DNA of 64,000 nt from Macrostomum lignano (GCA_002269645.1 NIVC01001456.1:222228-286227), one strand, 5' to 3'; positions 38,001-50,495 are shown, counted from the stretch's first letter. Numbers and translations are program-made. Notes: a model not told the origin generated them from the sequence alone.

Positions 38001-41000
38001 GCTGGCCCAGCAACTGAGGATCTGGGAGGCTGGCCCAGCAACTGAGGATCTGGGAGGCTGGCCCAGCAACTGAGGATCTGGGAGGCTGGCCCAGCAACTG
38101 AGGATCTGGGAGGCTGGCCCAGAAACTGAGGATCTGGGAGGCTGGCCCAGCAACTGAGGATCTGGGAGGCTGGCCCAGCAACTGAGGATCTGGGAGGCTG
38201 GCCCAGAAACTGAGGATCTGGGAGGTTGGCCCAGCAACTGAGGATCTGGGAGGCTGGCCCAGCAACTGAGGATCTGGGAGGCTGCATGGCCCAGCAACTG
38301 AGGATCTAGGAGGCTGGCCCAGCAACGGAGGATCTGGGAGGCTGGCCCAGCAACTGAGGATCTGGGAGGCTGGCCCAGCAACTGAGGATCTGGGAAGCTG
38401 GCCCAGCAACGGAGAATCTGGGAGGCTGCATGGCCCAACAACTGAGAATCTGGGAGGCTGGCCCAGCAACTGAGGATCTGGGAAGCTGGCCCAGCAACGG
38501 AGAATCTGGGAAGCTGCATGGCCCAACAACTGAGAATCTGGGAGGCTGGCCCAGCAACTGAGGATCTGGGAGGCTGGCCCAGCAACTGAGGATCTGGGAG
38601 GCTGCATGGCCCAGAAACTGAGGATCTAGGAGGCTAGCCCAGCAACGGAGGATCTGGGAGGCTGGCCCAGAAACTGAGGATCTGGGAGGCTGGCCCAGCA
38701 ACTGAGGATCTGGGAGGCTGGCCCAGCAACTGAGGATCTGGGAGGCTGCATGGCCCAGCAACTGAGGATCTAGGAGGCTGGCCCAGCAACGGAGGATCTG
38801 GGAGGCTGGCCCAGCAACTGAGGATCTGGGAGGCTGGCCCAGCAACTGAGGATCTGGGAGGCTGGCCCAGCAACTGAGGATCTGGGAGGCGGGCCCAGCA
38901 ACTGAGGATCTGGGAGGCTGGCCCAGCAACGGAGAATCTGGGAGGCTGCATGGCCCAACAACTGAGAATCTGGGAGGCTGGCCCAGCAACTGAGGATCTG
39001 GGAGGCTGGCCCAGCAACTGAGGATCTGGGAGGCTGGCCCAGCAACTGAGGATCTGGGAGGCTGGCCCAGAAACTGAGGATCTGGGAGGCTGGCCCAGCA
39101 ACTGAGGATCTGGGAAGCTGGCCCAGCAACGGAGAATCTGGGAGGCTGCATGGCCCAACAACTGAGAATCTGGGAGGCTGGCCCAGCAACTGAGGATCTG
39201 GGAGGCTGGCCCAGCAACTGAGGATCTGGGAGGCTGGCCCAGAAACTGAGGATTTGGGAGGCTGGCCCAGCAACTGAGGATCTGGGAGGCTGGCCCAGCA
39301 ACTGAGGATCTGGGAGGCTGCATGGCCCAGCAACTGAGGATCTAGGAGGCTGGCCCAGCAACGGAGGATCTGGGAGGCTGGCCCAGAAACTGAGGATCTG
39401 GGAGGCTGGCCCAGAAACTGAGGATCTGGGAGGCTGGCCCAGCAACTGAGGATCTGGGAGGCTGGCCCAGCAACTGAGGATCTGGGAAGCTGGCCCAGCA
39501 ACTGAGGATCTGGGAGGCTGCATGGCCCAGCAACTGAGGATCTAGGAGGCTGGCCCAGCAACTGAGGATCTAGGAGGCTGGCCCAGCAACGGAGGATCTG
39601 GGAGGCTGGCCCAGCAGCTGAGGATCTGGGAGGCTGCATGGCCCAACAACTGAGAATGTGGGAGGCTGGCCCAGCAACGGAGGATCTGGGAGGCTGGCCC
39701 AGCAAATGAGGATCTGGGAGGCTGGCCCAGCAACTGAGGATCTGGGAGGCTGGCCCAGCAACTGAGGATCTGGGAGGCTGCATGGCCCAGCAACTGAGGA
39801 TCTAGGAGGCTGGCCCAGCAACGGAGGATCTGGGAGGCTGGCCCAGCAACTGAGGATCTGGGAGGCTGGCCCAGAAACTGAGGATCTGGGAGGCTGCATG
39901 GCCCAGCAACTGAGGATCTGGGAGGCTGGCCCAGCAACTGAGGATCTGGGAGGCTGCATGGCCCAGCAACTGAGGATCTAGGAGGCTGGCCCAGCAACGG
40001 AGGATCTGGGAGGCTGGCCCAGCAGCTGAGGATCTGGGAGGCTGCATGGCCCAACAACTGAGAATGTGGGAGGCTGGCCCAGCAACGGAGGATCTGGGAG
40101 GCTGGCTCAGCAACGGAGGATCTGGGAGGCTGGCCCAGCAACTGAAGATCTGGGAGGCTGGCCCAGCAACGGAGGATCTGGGAAGCTGGTCCAGCAACGG
40201 AGGATCTGGGAGGCTGCATGGCCCAGCAACTACGAATCTGGGAGGCTGCATGGCCCAGCAACTAAGAATCTGGGAGGCTGCATGGCCCAGCAACTGAGAA
40301 TGTGGGAGGCTGATGCTGTTTGTACTTTTTGGTAGTGGTCCCGCAACTGAGGATCTGGGAGGCTGGCCCAGAAACTGAGGATCTGGGAGGCTGGCCCAGA
40401 AACTGAGGATCTGGGAGGCTGGCCCAGAAACTGAGGATCTGGGAGGCTGACCCAGCAGCTGAGGATCTGGGAGGCTATGCAGTCCTATAGAAGGAAGCAG
40501 TCTTCAAGAATTTACCTGCGTTTCCCCTCTTCATCCTCGGACCCTTTATTATGCTTGCGAGATTTTTTGGAACGCTCGCGCCTGCTTTTATCCCGATGCG
40601 GTCGGCGCTCTTTTTTCTTCTTTTTCCCCGAATGCTTCTTGTGCTTGCCAGCAGAGCTTTTCTTGGCCTTCTTAGACGGCGGCGGCGAGTCGGCAGAGGC
40701 GTGCCGCGAAGCTTTTAAAGAGCGGCGCTTTCGCGAATTGAGGGAAGAGGAGGCTGCGGATGGAGAAGAGGAAGCCGACGACGAAGAAGAAGAGGTGTCG
40801 CTTAACTCGCCTGAGCTGCTCTGGTTGCCGGCGGCGTTGCTGCTAATAAAACAGTCGAATTTGAATTTGAGAATGCTAAGAGAATGTTGTCGATTATTCT
40901 CTGCAATACGAATTCAAGTCACCATCATATTCGTAAAAATATTGTTAGATCTCTACTTACAGTAGGCTAAGTATGTCTTTACTATTTTACTATAGTCAAT

Positions 41001-41542
41001 AACGCATTAGCTGCCTGCGTCAGCAAAGTTAAGCAGAGCTGGTCGTGGTTAGTACGCTATTAGCTGGCAAACATCCGGGCGGGCAAGCGTGCCCCATTGG
41101 TGAAATTTAGGTCTTGTAAAAGCAGCAGATTTCTCATTTTTGCAACTATAACAAGAGCAAAAAATGACTGATTAACACATGTTATACCTCTTTGGAGCAG
41201 AAGGCAAATCCTTGCCATAATCCGGCTGTGAAGTCTGTGACGAATCAGCTGGAGAAAAAAACAAACGAGTTTATTGTACAACTAAATTAGGAAATTAGGA
41301 ACTAATAAAGCCACTAAGACTCCTTCGATGTTAAATCCTTTTAATTTGTTTAAAACTCACGAATTGCTTCCAAGGAGCTGCTGGTTCCTTCGTTGCTTTT
41401 CTTAATGCTGGCCAACTCCTATTAAACCAATGCAGATTGTTTCGACTAGGATTTCAGTTATAATGATGCATATATTTGGTATATCATAAAAACAGTATTC
41501 TCACCGCAAGGAAATTCTCCAAGGCGGAGTTGACATTGTCCG
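35075..41542 (-). CDS. FNBP4: Formin-binding protein 4 homologue, 5'-incomplete; exons 41542-41505, 41418-41361, 41248-41188, 41145-41056, 40842-40516, 37524-36297, 35167-35075
   Basis: All junctions are GT-AG and phase-compatible. DNVNSALENFLA|ELASI resembles FNBP4 DIDSTLANFLAEIDAI. IEARARLRDLEDGAISVAHYESRV...CPAGWLCLWDPANAAYYYQSVRTGEAQWEFP matches the FNBP4 WW2 and its preceding helix, followed by poly-Pro. Last exon KNIDQLMCKWQ resembles KMPSLVKKWQ. Start codon not found; the 41056 donor is weak. Confidence 0.85.
35265..36281. repeat. 33-bp minisatellite filling the last FNBP4 intron, with a ~262-bp higher-order block
   Basis: Unit CCAGAGTGACAATGCCAAAGTCACGCCCAACCA. Confidence 0.95.
37578..40475. 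repeat. 28-bp minisatellite (with 32-bp GCAT-insertion variants) filling an FNBP4 intron
   Basis: Unit GGCCCAGCAACTGAGGATCTGGGAGGCT; it produces the 28-aa periodic pseudo-ORFs. Confidence 0.97.
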
Positions 41543-41767
41543 CTGAAATATTAATTTTTAACGCCCTTAGAATTCTAGTATTATGACATCGTTCATCTCA
41601 ATAAAAGTACATTTTATAACCTTTACAAAATCAACAGTATAATTAATTTGTTAATATGCATATCCTAAATAACTGGTCAAATTTTGAAAGATAAAAGTTG
41701 TCAAAAAACAGAGCGTTTACTTTTTAGTCAGTAATTTGTCTGCGCAGTGTCACTTCCTAGGGTGCAG

Positions 41768-42361
41768 TCCTAATCTAGCTCAGCCAATGAGAGAGCGGTA
41801 AGGAGAGAGGTCAGAGTCGGACGGACGAAACTCAGTCTAGGGGCACTCCTAATCTAGCTCAGCCAATGAGAGAGCGGTAAGGAGAGAGGTCAAAGTCAGA
41901 CGTACGAAACTCAGTCTAGGGGCACTCCTAATCTAGCTCAGCCAATGAGAGAGCGGTAAGGAGAGAGGTCAAAGTCAGACGTACGAAACTCAGTCTAGGG
42001 GCACTCCTAATCTAGCTCAGCCAATGAGAGAGCGGTAAGGAGAGAGGTCAAAGTCAGACGTACGAAACTCAGTCTAGGGGCACTCCTAATCTAGCTCAGC
42101 CAATGAGAGAGCGGTAAGGAGAGAGGTCAGAGTCAGACGAACGAAACTCAGTCTAGGGGCACTCCTAATCTAGATCAGCCAATGAGAGAGCGGTAAGGAG
42201 AGAGGTCAAAGTCAGACGGACGAAACTCAGTCTAGGGGCACTCCTAATCTAGATCAGCCAATGAGAGAGCGGTAAGGAGAGAGGTCAAAGTCAGACGAAC
42301 GAAACTCAGTCTAGGGGGGCAGGCCCAATCTGGTTCAGCCAATGAGAGAGCAGTAAGGAGA
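41768..42361. repeat. 79-bp tandem repeat x~7.5, each unit carrying an AGCCAATGAG CCAAT box
   Basis: CCTAATCT at 41769, 41848, 41927 and onward at a 79-bp period. Confidence 0.95.
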
Positions 42362-43699
42362 GAGAAAAACAATGGAATTTCAAAATGTTGACTCGTGCGC
42401 ATGCCTAAACGACAAAAAAGCACTTGTGGTAGTCGATTATTATTGAAGACGACATATCGGACTTTTTTCTTGCTTTTCACTGAATAAAAAATGACTTGTC
42501 TTTTCTGAAATTCTCTTGTCAAGACTTTTATGAGATTTCCAGACCAAACATTTCATGCAGAGAAAGGCTTTGAAGAAAAGGTTTTTTCACTTTCGCGTAT
42601 GAATAAAAATCACACTTTTTCTCGAGATCTGAATAAAAAACTTGAGTTTCCCACGAGCACCTTCTCCCAATGTACACAATCTACCATTGCGTACCGCTTA
42701 AGGATTGTCTTGACGATTTGGCCATAGACAAAGTTTCACAGCTTGGATAAAAAGACCAGAAAAAAATCTAGAAGGTAGGACGACAATAGACTATGAATTT
42801 CCTTGATTTAATACTATTTTAATGAGACTGTTCTCCTAGGCAGTTCTTCTATGCCTCCTCTTTGGACAGCGTGAGAAAGTTCGTTTTGATACACTTTATT
42901 TATACTGTCTGTCAATGATTTGCATTTTCAATATTTCCAACTGTTTACACCTGTACGTCTAATCATTCTCAAGCCTAAGCCTGTATTGTGCGATTAAGTA
43001 AACATTTGTAATATCAAAGACACTTACACTTCGAAGCGGACATGACTTCAAATCCGGTAACACAATCAGTGACAAATTTGTTATTTTCTCAAAAAAACGA
43101 TTGCAAAATCCAGTCAGTCAGTCGGCAACTGAGTCGGAGCGCGGCTGCAAACAGGAATTGGGTTCGGAGAAAAATGTTTGTTAGTAAAATACGCCCATAA
43201 AAGTTTCGCTTGTATCCATTGATACTGCTTTAAGTAGCGTCCACTTACAATTGAGACAATTCGCAAAACTGCACCTTTTTGGAGAGAGAAAACCAAAATT
43301 CCTTACTCTGTTTTTCCAAAAGGTCACAGGCTTAAATTTTAGTGAAATATATATAGAATAGAAACAAAGACCAAACAAAGACGGCCAGTCGTGCAGTATT
43401 TTAATATTGTTAAAACAAAATGCTGTTTGCTATTAAAATCTAAATTTTCCTTTATTAAAATGCACCTTGCTCAAGCGGAATTGGCGTTTGTATGTATATT
43501 ATTATTATTTCGCTTGCACGATAAAAACAGTAGGAAGTGGATAAAAAATTTGCTAAGAAATCGATAAGAAGTTCTTGATTCTGTGTGTTTTAAAAAACCT
43601 ATTAAAATGTAAAATCTTTTGTCTAGAAAATTAAAAAAACAGAAAAAAAGGCGTTCAAGAATTCTCTCTCTTTGAAGTCAGTTTAAAAAATGCACGAGT

Positions 43700-46600
43700 T
43701 CACAGATTGTACATGGGCGGCTTGGATTTGAGATGTCGGCCACGGCTGCAGGAAGCAAATGCGCCAACCCGGCTACTCATATTAGTAGTAGTATTATTAG
43801 CATGCGCCTCGTAAATTAGAGCGGGCAAAGCGTCCGGTTGAATCGCTTTTTGGAGGGCCGAGCGAAACAAGCGGCCAACGGCAAAACAGCCGGGTTGGTC
43901 GGCAGCGTGTCGAGTCCACAGGCACAGCCGGTAGTGCCGGGAGCGGATCTAGGCGCCAAGGGGAGAAAGGAGATGAAGGAGGTGACGATTAGGGTGATTC
44001 CTAAATTGATCACGATAGGGAGGGGGGCGATTCCTAAATTAAACAGGTAGGGGGGCGATTCCTAAAATAAACGGGCAGGGGGGGCGATTCCTAAATTAAA
44101 CGTGCAGGGGGCGATTCCTAAAATAAACAGGTAGGGGGCGATTCCTAAAATAAACGGGCAGGGGGGGGGCGATTCCTAAATTAAACGGGCAGGGGGGCGA
44201 TTCCTAAATTAAACAGGTAAGGAGAGGGCGATTCCTAAAATAAACAGGTAGGGAGGGGGGCGATTCCTAAATTAAACAGGTAGGGAGGGGGCGATTCCTA
44301 AATTAAACGGGCAGGGGGGCGATTCCTAAATTAAACAGGTAAGGAGAGGGGCGATTCCTAAAATAAACAGGTAGGGAGGGGGGCGATTCCTAAATTAAAC
44401 AGGTAGGGAGAGGGGCGATTCCTAAAATAAACAGGTAGGGAGGGAGGCGATTCCTAAATTAAACAGGTAGGGAGGGAGGCGATTCCTAAAATAAACAGGC
44501 AGGGGGGCGATTCCTAAATTAAACAGGTAGGGAGGGGGGCGATTCCTAAATTAAACAGGTAGGGAGAGGGGCGATTCCTAAAATAACCAGACAGGGGGCG
44601 ATTCCTAAATTAAACAGGTAGGGAGAGGGGCGATTCCTAAAATAACCAGACAGGGGGCGATTCCTAAATTAAACAGGTAGGGAGAGAGGCGATTCCTAAA
44701 ATAAACAGGCAGGGGGGGCGATTCCTAAATTAAACAGGCAGGGGGGGCGATTCCTAAATTAAACAGGCAGGGGGGGCGATTCCTAAATTAAACAGGTAGG
44801 GAGGGGGCGATTCCTAAAATAAACAGACGGGGGGGGCGATTCCTAAATTAAACAGGTAGGGAGGGGGGCGATTCCTAAAATAAACAGACAGGGGGGGGGG
44901 CGATTCCTAAATTAAACAGGCAAGATTTAAAAATGGCAACTCCTGTACACCTTCAAAAGGCTAAATTCCCTTGCTAATAATCTGAAACATAATAAACCCA
45001 CCTGAACAACCAGACCGCAGATCTGTCTCCCAACCCGATCGGAGAAGGCCTCTCCAATAGCCATCAGCAGAGCCTCAGTCCAAGCCTTATCTACCAGAGC
45101 TGCCTCGGTCGAACGCCTGTCTAAGCTGAGCATCCAACGGCCGCCGTTGCAATTATCAGGCGCCTCCCACATGGGCGGACAGCCGGCCCTGAACACGGAA
45201 TAATCGCATCCAGGAGGCAACCGACTTGGCGGCATTGCAAAGTTGATGATGCGCCAGAAATCTTCGACGCTTGAGAAACTGGCCACAGGTAGTTGGCTGT
45301 CTAGCCAGGCACGGCTGCGATCGCTTTTGTAGAACCACAGGGTCCAGCTGCATGGTGGATTGAGGGAGCGCCGCGGCAGATTAGTTGGTGGTTGTTGGAG
45401 TGTTTAACTACTACTGCGAGTAATAGGATGGGGCATTAGGGGGATTTTTGAGATTTATTCGTTACAGTAGTTTAGAGGCGATTCTTTTAAAGATCAGGGG
45501 CGATTCTGTTGGAGATTCAGGGGCGATTCTGTTAGTGATTCAGGGGCGATTCTGCTAGTGATTCAGGGGCGATTCTGTTGGAGATTTAGGGGCGATTCAT
45601 ATAGTGATTCAGGGGCGATTCTGTTAGTGATTCAGGGGCGATTCTGTTAGTGATTCAGGGGAGTTTCTGTTGAAGATTCAGGGGCGATTCTGTTGGAGAT
45701 TCAGGGGCGATTCTGTTAGTGATTCAGGGGCGATTCTGTTAGTGATTCAGGGGCGATTCTGTTAGTGATTCAGGGGCGATTCTGTTAGTGATTCAGGGGC
45801 GATTCTGTTGGAGATTTAGGGGCGATTCATATAGTGATTCAGGGGCGATTCTGTTAGTGATTCAGGGGCGATTCTGCTAGTGATTCAGGGGCGATTCTGT
45901 TGGAGATTTAGGGGCGATTCATATAGTGATTCAGGGGCGATTCTGTTAGTGATTCAGGGGCGATTCTGTTAGTGATTCAGGGGAGATTCTGTTGAAGATT
46001 CAGGGGGCGATTCTGTTGGAGATTCAGGGGCGATTCTGCTAGTGATTCAGGGGCGATTCTGTTAGTGATTCAGGGGCGATTCTGTTGGAGATTTAGGGGC
46101 GATTCATATAGTGATTCAGGGGCGATTCATATAGTGATTCAGGGGCGATTCTGTTAGTGATTCAGGGGGGATTCTGTTGAAGATTCAGGGGCGATTCTGT
46201 TGGAGATTCAGGGGCGATTCTGTTAGTGATTCAGGGGTGATTCTGTTAGTGATTCAGGGGTGATTCTGTTGGAGATTCAGGGACGATTCTTTTAGTGATT
46301 CAGGGGTGATTCTGTTAGTGATTCAGGGGTGATTCTGTTAGTGATTCAGGCGCGATTCTGTTGAAGATTTAGGGGCCTGTTGGAGATTCAGGGGCGATTT
46401 TGTTAGTGATTCAGAGACGATTTAGACCGGAAGCGAATATAAGTGAACAGTAGGATTGTACTTCCATGTATCAACCATACTGGCATGCTGGTGACACACT
46501 TACCAGCTATTTAGCAGATGTTTCTTCATCAGTGGTTCAACAAGTGCATCGCTGGCGGCATCTTCAGCATTCGTACTAGTGAAGCATTCACCAGCGGCTT

Positions 46601-47438
46601 CACAAACGCTATTACAATCTAATGTAGACGAACTATCCGTGTGATCTGAGTCGCTTTCTACACCAGCTTTGGAAGAGCTTAAGCCTGATTCTTCGGTATT
46701 GTGGCAACTTTCGTTCAGTTTTGGTTGGTCAGCAACTAGAGATCTTTTGCTTCCGTCTTCTTTCTTATCCTTTGTAGAGCTATCGATTGGCTCATTGGAG
46801 GAGCTTCTGCTAAGCTCTTTGTTTTCGGCAATGAAGATTTCGGTCAGCTCTTTGTTGTTCTCAATGGAGCTTCCGGTTAGCTCTTTGTTGTTCTCAATGG
46901 AGCTTCCGGTTAGCTCTTTGTTGTTCTCAATGGAGCTTCCGGTTAGCTCTTTGTTGTTCTCAATGGAGCTTACGGTCAGCTTTTTGTTGTTCTCAATGGA
47001 GCTTCCGGTCAGCTCTTTGTTTTCAGCAATGGATCTTCCGGTTAGCTCTTGGTTCTCGGCAATGGAGCTTCCGGTCAGCTCATTGTTGTTCTCAATGGAG
47101 CTTCCGGTCAGCTCTTTGTTTTCAGCAATGGATCTTCCGGTTAGCTCTTTGTTCTCGGCAATGGAGCTTCCGGTCAGCTCATTGTTGTTCTCAATGGAGC
47201 TTACGGTCAGCTCTTTGTTTTCAGCAATGGATCTTCCGGTCAGCTCTTTGTTCTCGGCAATGGAGCTTCCGGTCAGCTCATTGTTGTTCTCAATGGAGCT
47301 TCCGGTCAGCTCATTGTTGTTCTCAATGGAGCTTCCGGTCAGCTCTTTGTTGTTGGCAATGGAGCTTCTGGTTAGCTTTTTGTTGTTCTCAATGGAGCTT
47401 CCGGTCAGCTCTTTGTTGTTAATGATTGAATCAGCCAT
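43700..47438 (-). CDS. EIF4E: Class I eIF4E cap-binding protein with a long N-terminal repeat extension, 509 aa; exons 47438-46504, 45347-45002, 43948-43700
   Basis: Spliced core KHLLNSC|WTLWFYKSDRSRAW...VEDFW...GCDYSVF...PMWE...GGRW...DKAWTEALLMAIGEAF...ICGLVVQ|IRSRHYRLCLW retains the equivalents of W43, W46, W56, W73, D90, W102, E103, R112, W113, W130, R157 and W166. Donors TG|GTAAGT and CAG|GTGGGT; acceptors ATGCAG and GCCTAG. The eIF4E core is secure; the coding status of the repeat part of exon 1 is less so. Confidence 0.88.
44020..44925. repeat. 27-32-bp minisatellite filling eIF4E intron 2
   Basis: Core GGGGGCGATTCCTAAATTAAACAGG. Confidence 0.95.
45485..46420. repeat. 23-bp minisatellite filling eIF4E intron 1
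   Basis: Unit GATTCAGGGGCGATTCTGTTAGT. Confidence 0.95.
46818..47411 (-). repeat. 33-bp in-frame repeat x18 (ELTGSSIENNK) in eIF4E exon 1
   Basis: Counted from the translated ORF; no frame-breaking units. Confidence 0.92.
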
Positions 47439-48129
47439 TTAGTAGCAGGAAAAATGCTTGCAAATGATCTGTAAAAAAATTCACGGCAAATCTCTTTAAT
47501 TGGGAAATTTTCTGTGACCTAATGTACCTGATGACTGGGTACTTTGCTTGTAAGTAGTCTATTATGCATTTTTCAACTAAAATATACGGGTGGAATCATA
47601 AAATTAAATGAAGAAAACAAAAGGTGGACGGATTTAATTGAGCAAATCAAAAAATCTTTTTTTCTGATAAAATGTCTTTTTTGTTTACGCTGCAAACAAG
47701 ATACTGCTGCAATAAAACTGTTAATAATATCTCATATTTTGAAGCAGACTTGGAACAGTAGCAGTACTTTAATAATTAAATAAAGATAAACAATAGACAA
47801 GGAATCTTGCACAACAAAGACAAGAGAACAGATTCACGATATAACACAGCGATTTGCAACAAAGACCAGAGTAGTAGTATGCAGCGATAAGGAAACACCA
47901 TTGTCCTCTCAAGAAGCAAAAATTACTGTCGTATTTTCAAAAGACAAATATAATGGAAGACAACGTACTGCAACATGTAATACAGATGAAGGAGTTTAAA
48001 CAAAGCAAGTTAGTTCGACTGCACTGCTGTCACACAACTGAAACACTATTGGTTATGGAATATATTGTAGACTATGACAACATTTGCGGGAAACACAAAA
48101 GTTTGGCCCGATCTCTTATTAGGTTATTT

Positions 48130-48961
48130 CTCAGGGCGATTAATCTCCCTGGGGTATATTTACGGGCGATTAATCTCTCTAGGGTATATTCACGGGCGAA
48201 TAATCTCCCAATGGTATATAAACGGGCGATTAATCTCCCTGGGGTATATTCACGGCGATTAATCTCCCTAATATATATTTACGGGCGATTAATCTCCCTG
48301 GGGTATATTCACGGGCGATTAATCTCCATAGGGTATATTCACGGGCTATTAATCTCCCTAGGGTATACTCACGGGCGATTAATCTCCCTAGGGTATATTC
48401 ATGGGCTATTAATCTCCCTAGGGTATACTCACGGGCGATTAATCTCCTTAGGGTATACTCACGGGTGATTAATCTCCCTAGGGTATATTCATGAGCGATT
48501 AATCTCCCTAGTATATATTTACGGGCGATTAATCTCCCTAGTATATATTTACGGGCGATTAATCTCCCTAGGGTATACTCACGGGCTATTAATCTCCCTA
48601 GGGTATACTCACGGGCGATTAATCTCCCTAGGGTATACTCACGGGCGATTAATCTCCCTAGGGTATATTCATGGGTGATTAATCTCCCTAGGGTATACTC
48701 ACGGGCGATTAATCTCCCTAGGGTATATTCATGGGCGATTAATCTCCCTAGGGTATACTCACGGGCGATTAATCTCCCTAGGGTATATTCATGGGCGATT
48801 AATCTCCCTAGGGTATATTCATGAGCGATTAATCTCCCTAGTATATATTTACGGGCGATTAATCTCCCTAGGGTATACTCACGGGATATTAATCTCCCTA
48901 GGGTATATTCATGGGCGATTAATCTCCCTAGGGTATACTCACAGGCGATTAATCTCCCTAG
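48130..48961. repeat. 30-bp minisatellite built of short palindromes
   Basis: Unit ACGGGCGATTAATCTCCCTAGGGTATACTC, containing GATTAATC, CCCTAGGG and GTATAC. Confidence 0.95.
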
Positions 48962-49486
48962 AAAAATTTGAAAATTGATCATCTGATAATGTTTTACCCT
49001 TGGCAAAAAAGGCCTTTTTAAAGCCAGCAATATCAGACAAGACAAACATCGGACCAAAGTCCCTTTAACGGACAAACAAAGACAAAAACACTCAAATAGA
49101 CAATAATTTAAAACTTGGAGGAGATTGCAACAGGGACAAAATAAAATAAAATAAAAATTATGCAAGGAAGCACCACAACACTGGAGCGAAGTTAGTTTTA
49201 AGTAACAGTTAATGGGGCCGAACTGACATTAGCTGGTAATTTGGACAACTTAATAAACAATAGCAAGATTAGCTAAAAGTACATGTACTGTGTAGTTTGA
49301 CACCTGAAGCGAAACTGATAAGCTGGGGATGAGCTTAAGAAAGATCAAAGGTCAAAATGGCAAACAGATATAATGCTAAAACCAGTGTTTAACATCCCAA
49401 AAAAGCGGGATTCATTTAGGCGGGAATTCAAACTTAAATTTGGTTTAATTAGTTAGTGTACGCGGCAAGGACTACTCGACTAGAAA

Positions 49487-49806
49487 GACGGCAAACTACG
49501 TTCCTTAAAAATGTTAAGGAGGCTGGTTTTAGCTGATATTTATATATACATTACGGAGATAGGAAGTTATCATATTTTCAGTACAAAAATTGTTATTGCT
49601 TTTGATAGGAGGCAGACCCGATGTTCATCTTTTGATATGTTGTGCCTTTGTTATGGCTTTATTGATATTCAGAAAACTTTTCGTTTAGAAAATTAAGATT
49701 AGATTTTAATTGTTTATTCTAAGTACATTTGTACATGTCCTGTGCCTGTGTCCTTTTCGGCAAAAACCAGCCTCTGTAACATTTACTAAGAAACTTAGTT
49801 CCCGTC
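49487..49806. mobile_element. Possible ~320-bp MITE with ~45-bp imperfect TIRs
   Basis: AAATGTTAAGGAGGCTGGTTTT (~49509) is inverted at AAAACCAGCCTCTGTAACATTT (~49763); pairing extends to GACGG/CCGTC. No TSD recognised. Confidence 0.45.
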
Positions 49807-50495
49807 CAAGTTGAGTAGTGTTTGGTACGCGCATGTATAATCGGTTAGTAAAGATTCTCAGTCATGCACATAAAATATGGATCTGATAAATATGTCAGAG
49901 GAATATTTTATAAAATTGCAAAGTTATAAGACGCTAATTAGCCAATTAGCCAAAAACTCTAACAGGTTTGGTCTCTGAGCAGTGCTAAGTATGCGCAATG
50001 TATAATTTTTTTTAACATTTTATTGAAAATTTAGCCCAATTCAATTCTCAGATTTGGAATGGCTGAACAAAAAGACTAACAATTATGTGTACTTTAACAA
50101 ACGAACGCAATTCAAACAGTGCATACGATAAGAAAGAGACTAAGTAAAACAAATTAAATAACTCATCCACCCGGGACAATATAATGGAAATATCTGTGTG
50201 CATAATCTCTAGTCATAATTCGCGATTTGAGAATATATGAATAAAAAACTAAATAACCGCTTAAACGCATTTTTATCGGCGAGACGCAAAGTAGTTGCTT
50301 CTAATGGCAGAAATAACACCGTCAACAAATTAAGAGGCCTGGCAGACAGACAGAGGACGAGAAAGTTTTAACAAAGTGCACGCGAAACTAATCTTAATAG
50401 GCGGTTGGCAAATAAATGATGTTGGACTAGAATTTGCTTGAAATGGTCTGCAGTAGATGTGTTGGAATAGATGGCATCGTAATTAATATAATATA

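Noticed and set aside
37519-40335. Many 160-765-aa ORFs with 28-aa periodicity, including the N-terminal part of 36288..38585
   Set aside because: Read-through of the intronic 28-bp array (3 units = 28 codons). The real FNBP4 exon starts at the CTGCAG acceptor at 37524.
41543-41560. Spliced-leader AUG supplying the missing FNBP4 start
   Set aside because: AUG joined at the 41542 acceptor gives frame MRTMST, not the conserved DNVNSALENF frame.
45342-46510. AGCTGG direct repeat at both ends of eIF4E intron 1 as a sign of recent intron insertion
   Set aside because: The spliced product restores the canonical H-x-L-x-x-x-W spacing, so no duplicated residues need explaining; likely coincidence.
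47953-49165. 171-aa and 311-aa ORFs
   Set aside because: Dominated by the 30-bp array (10-aa period); no recognisable domain.
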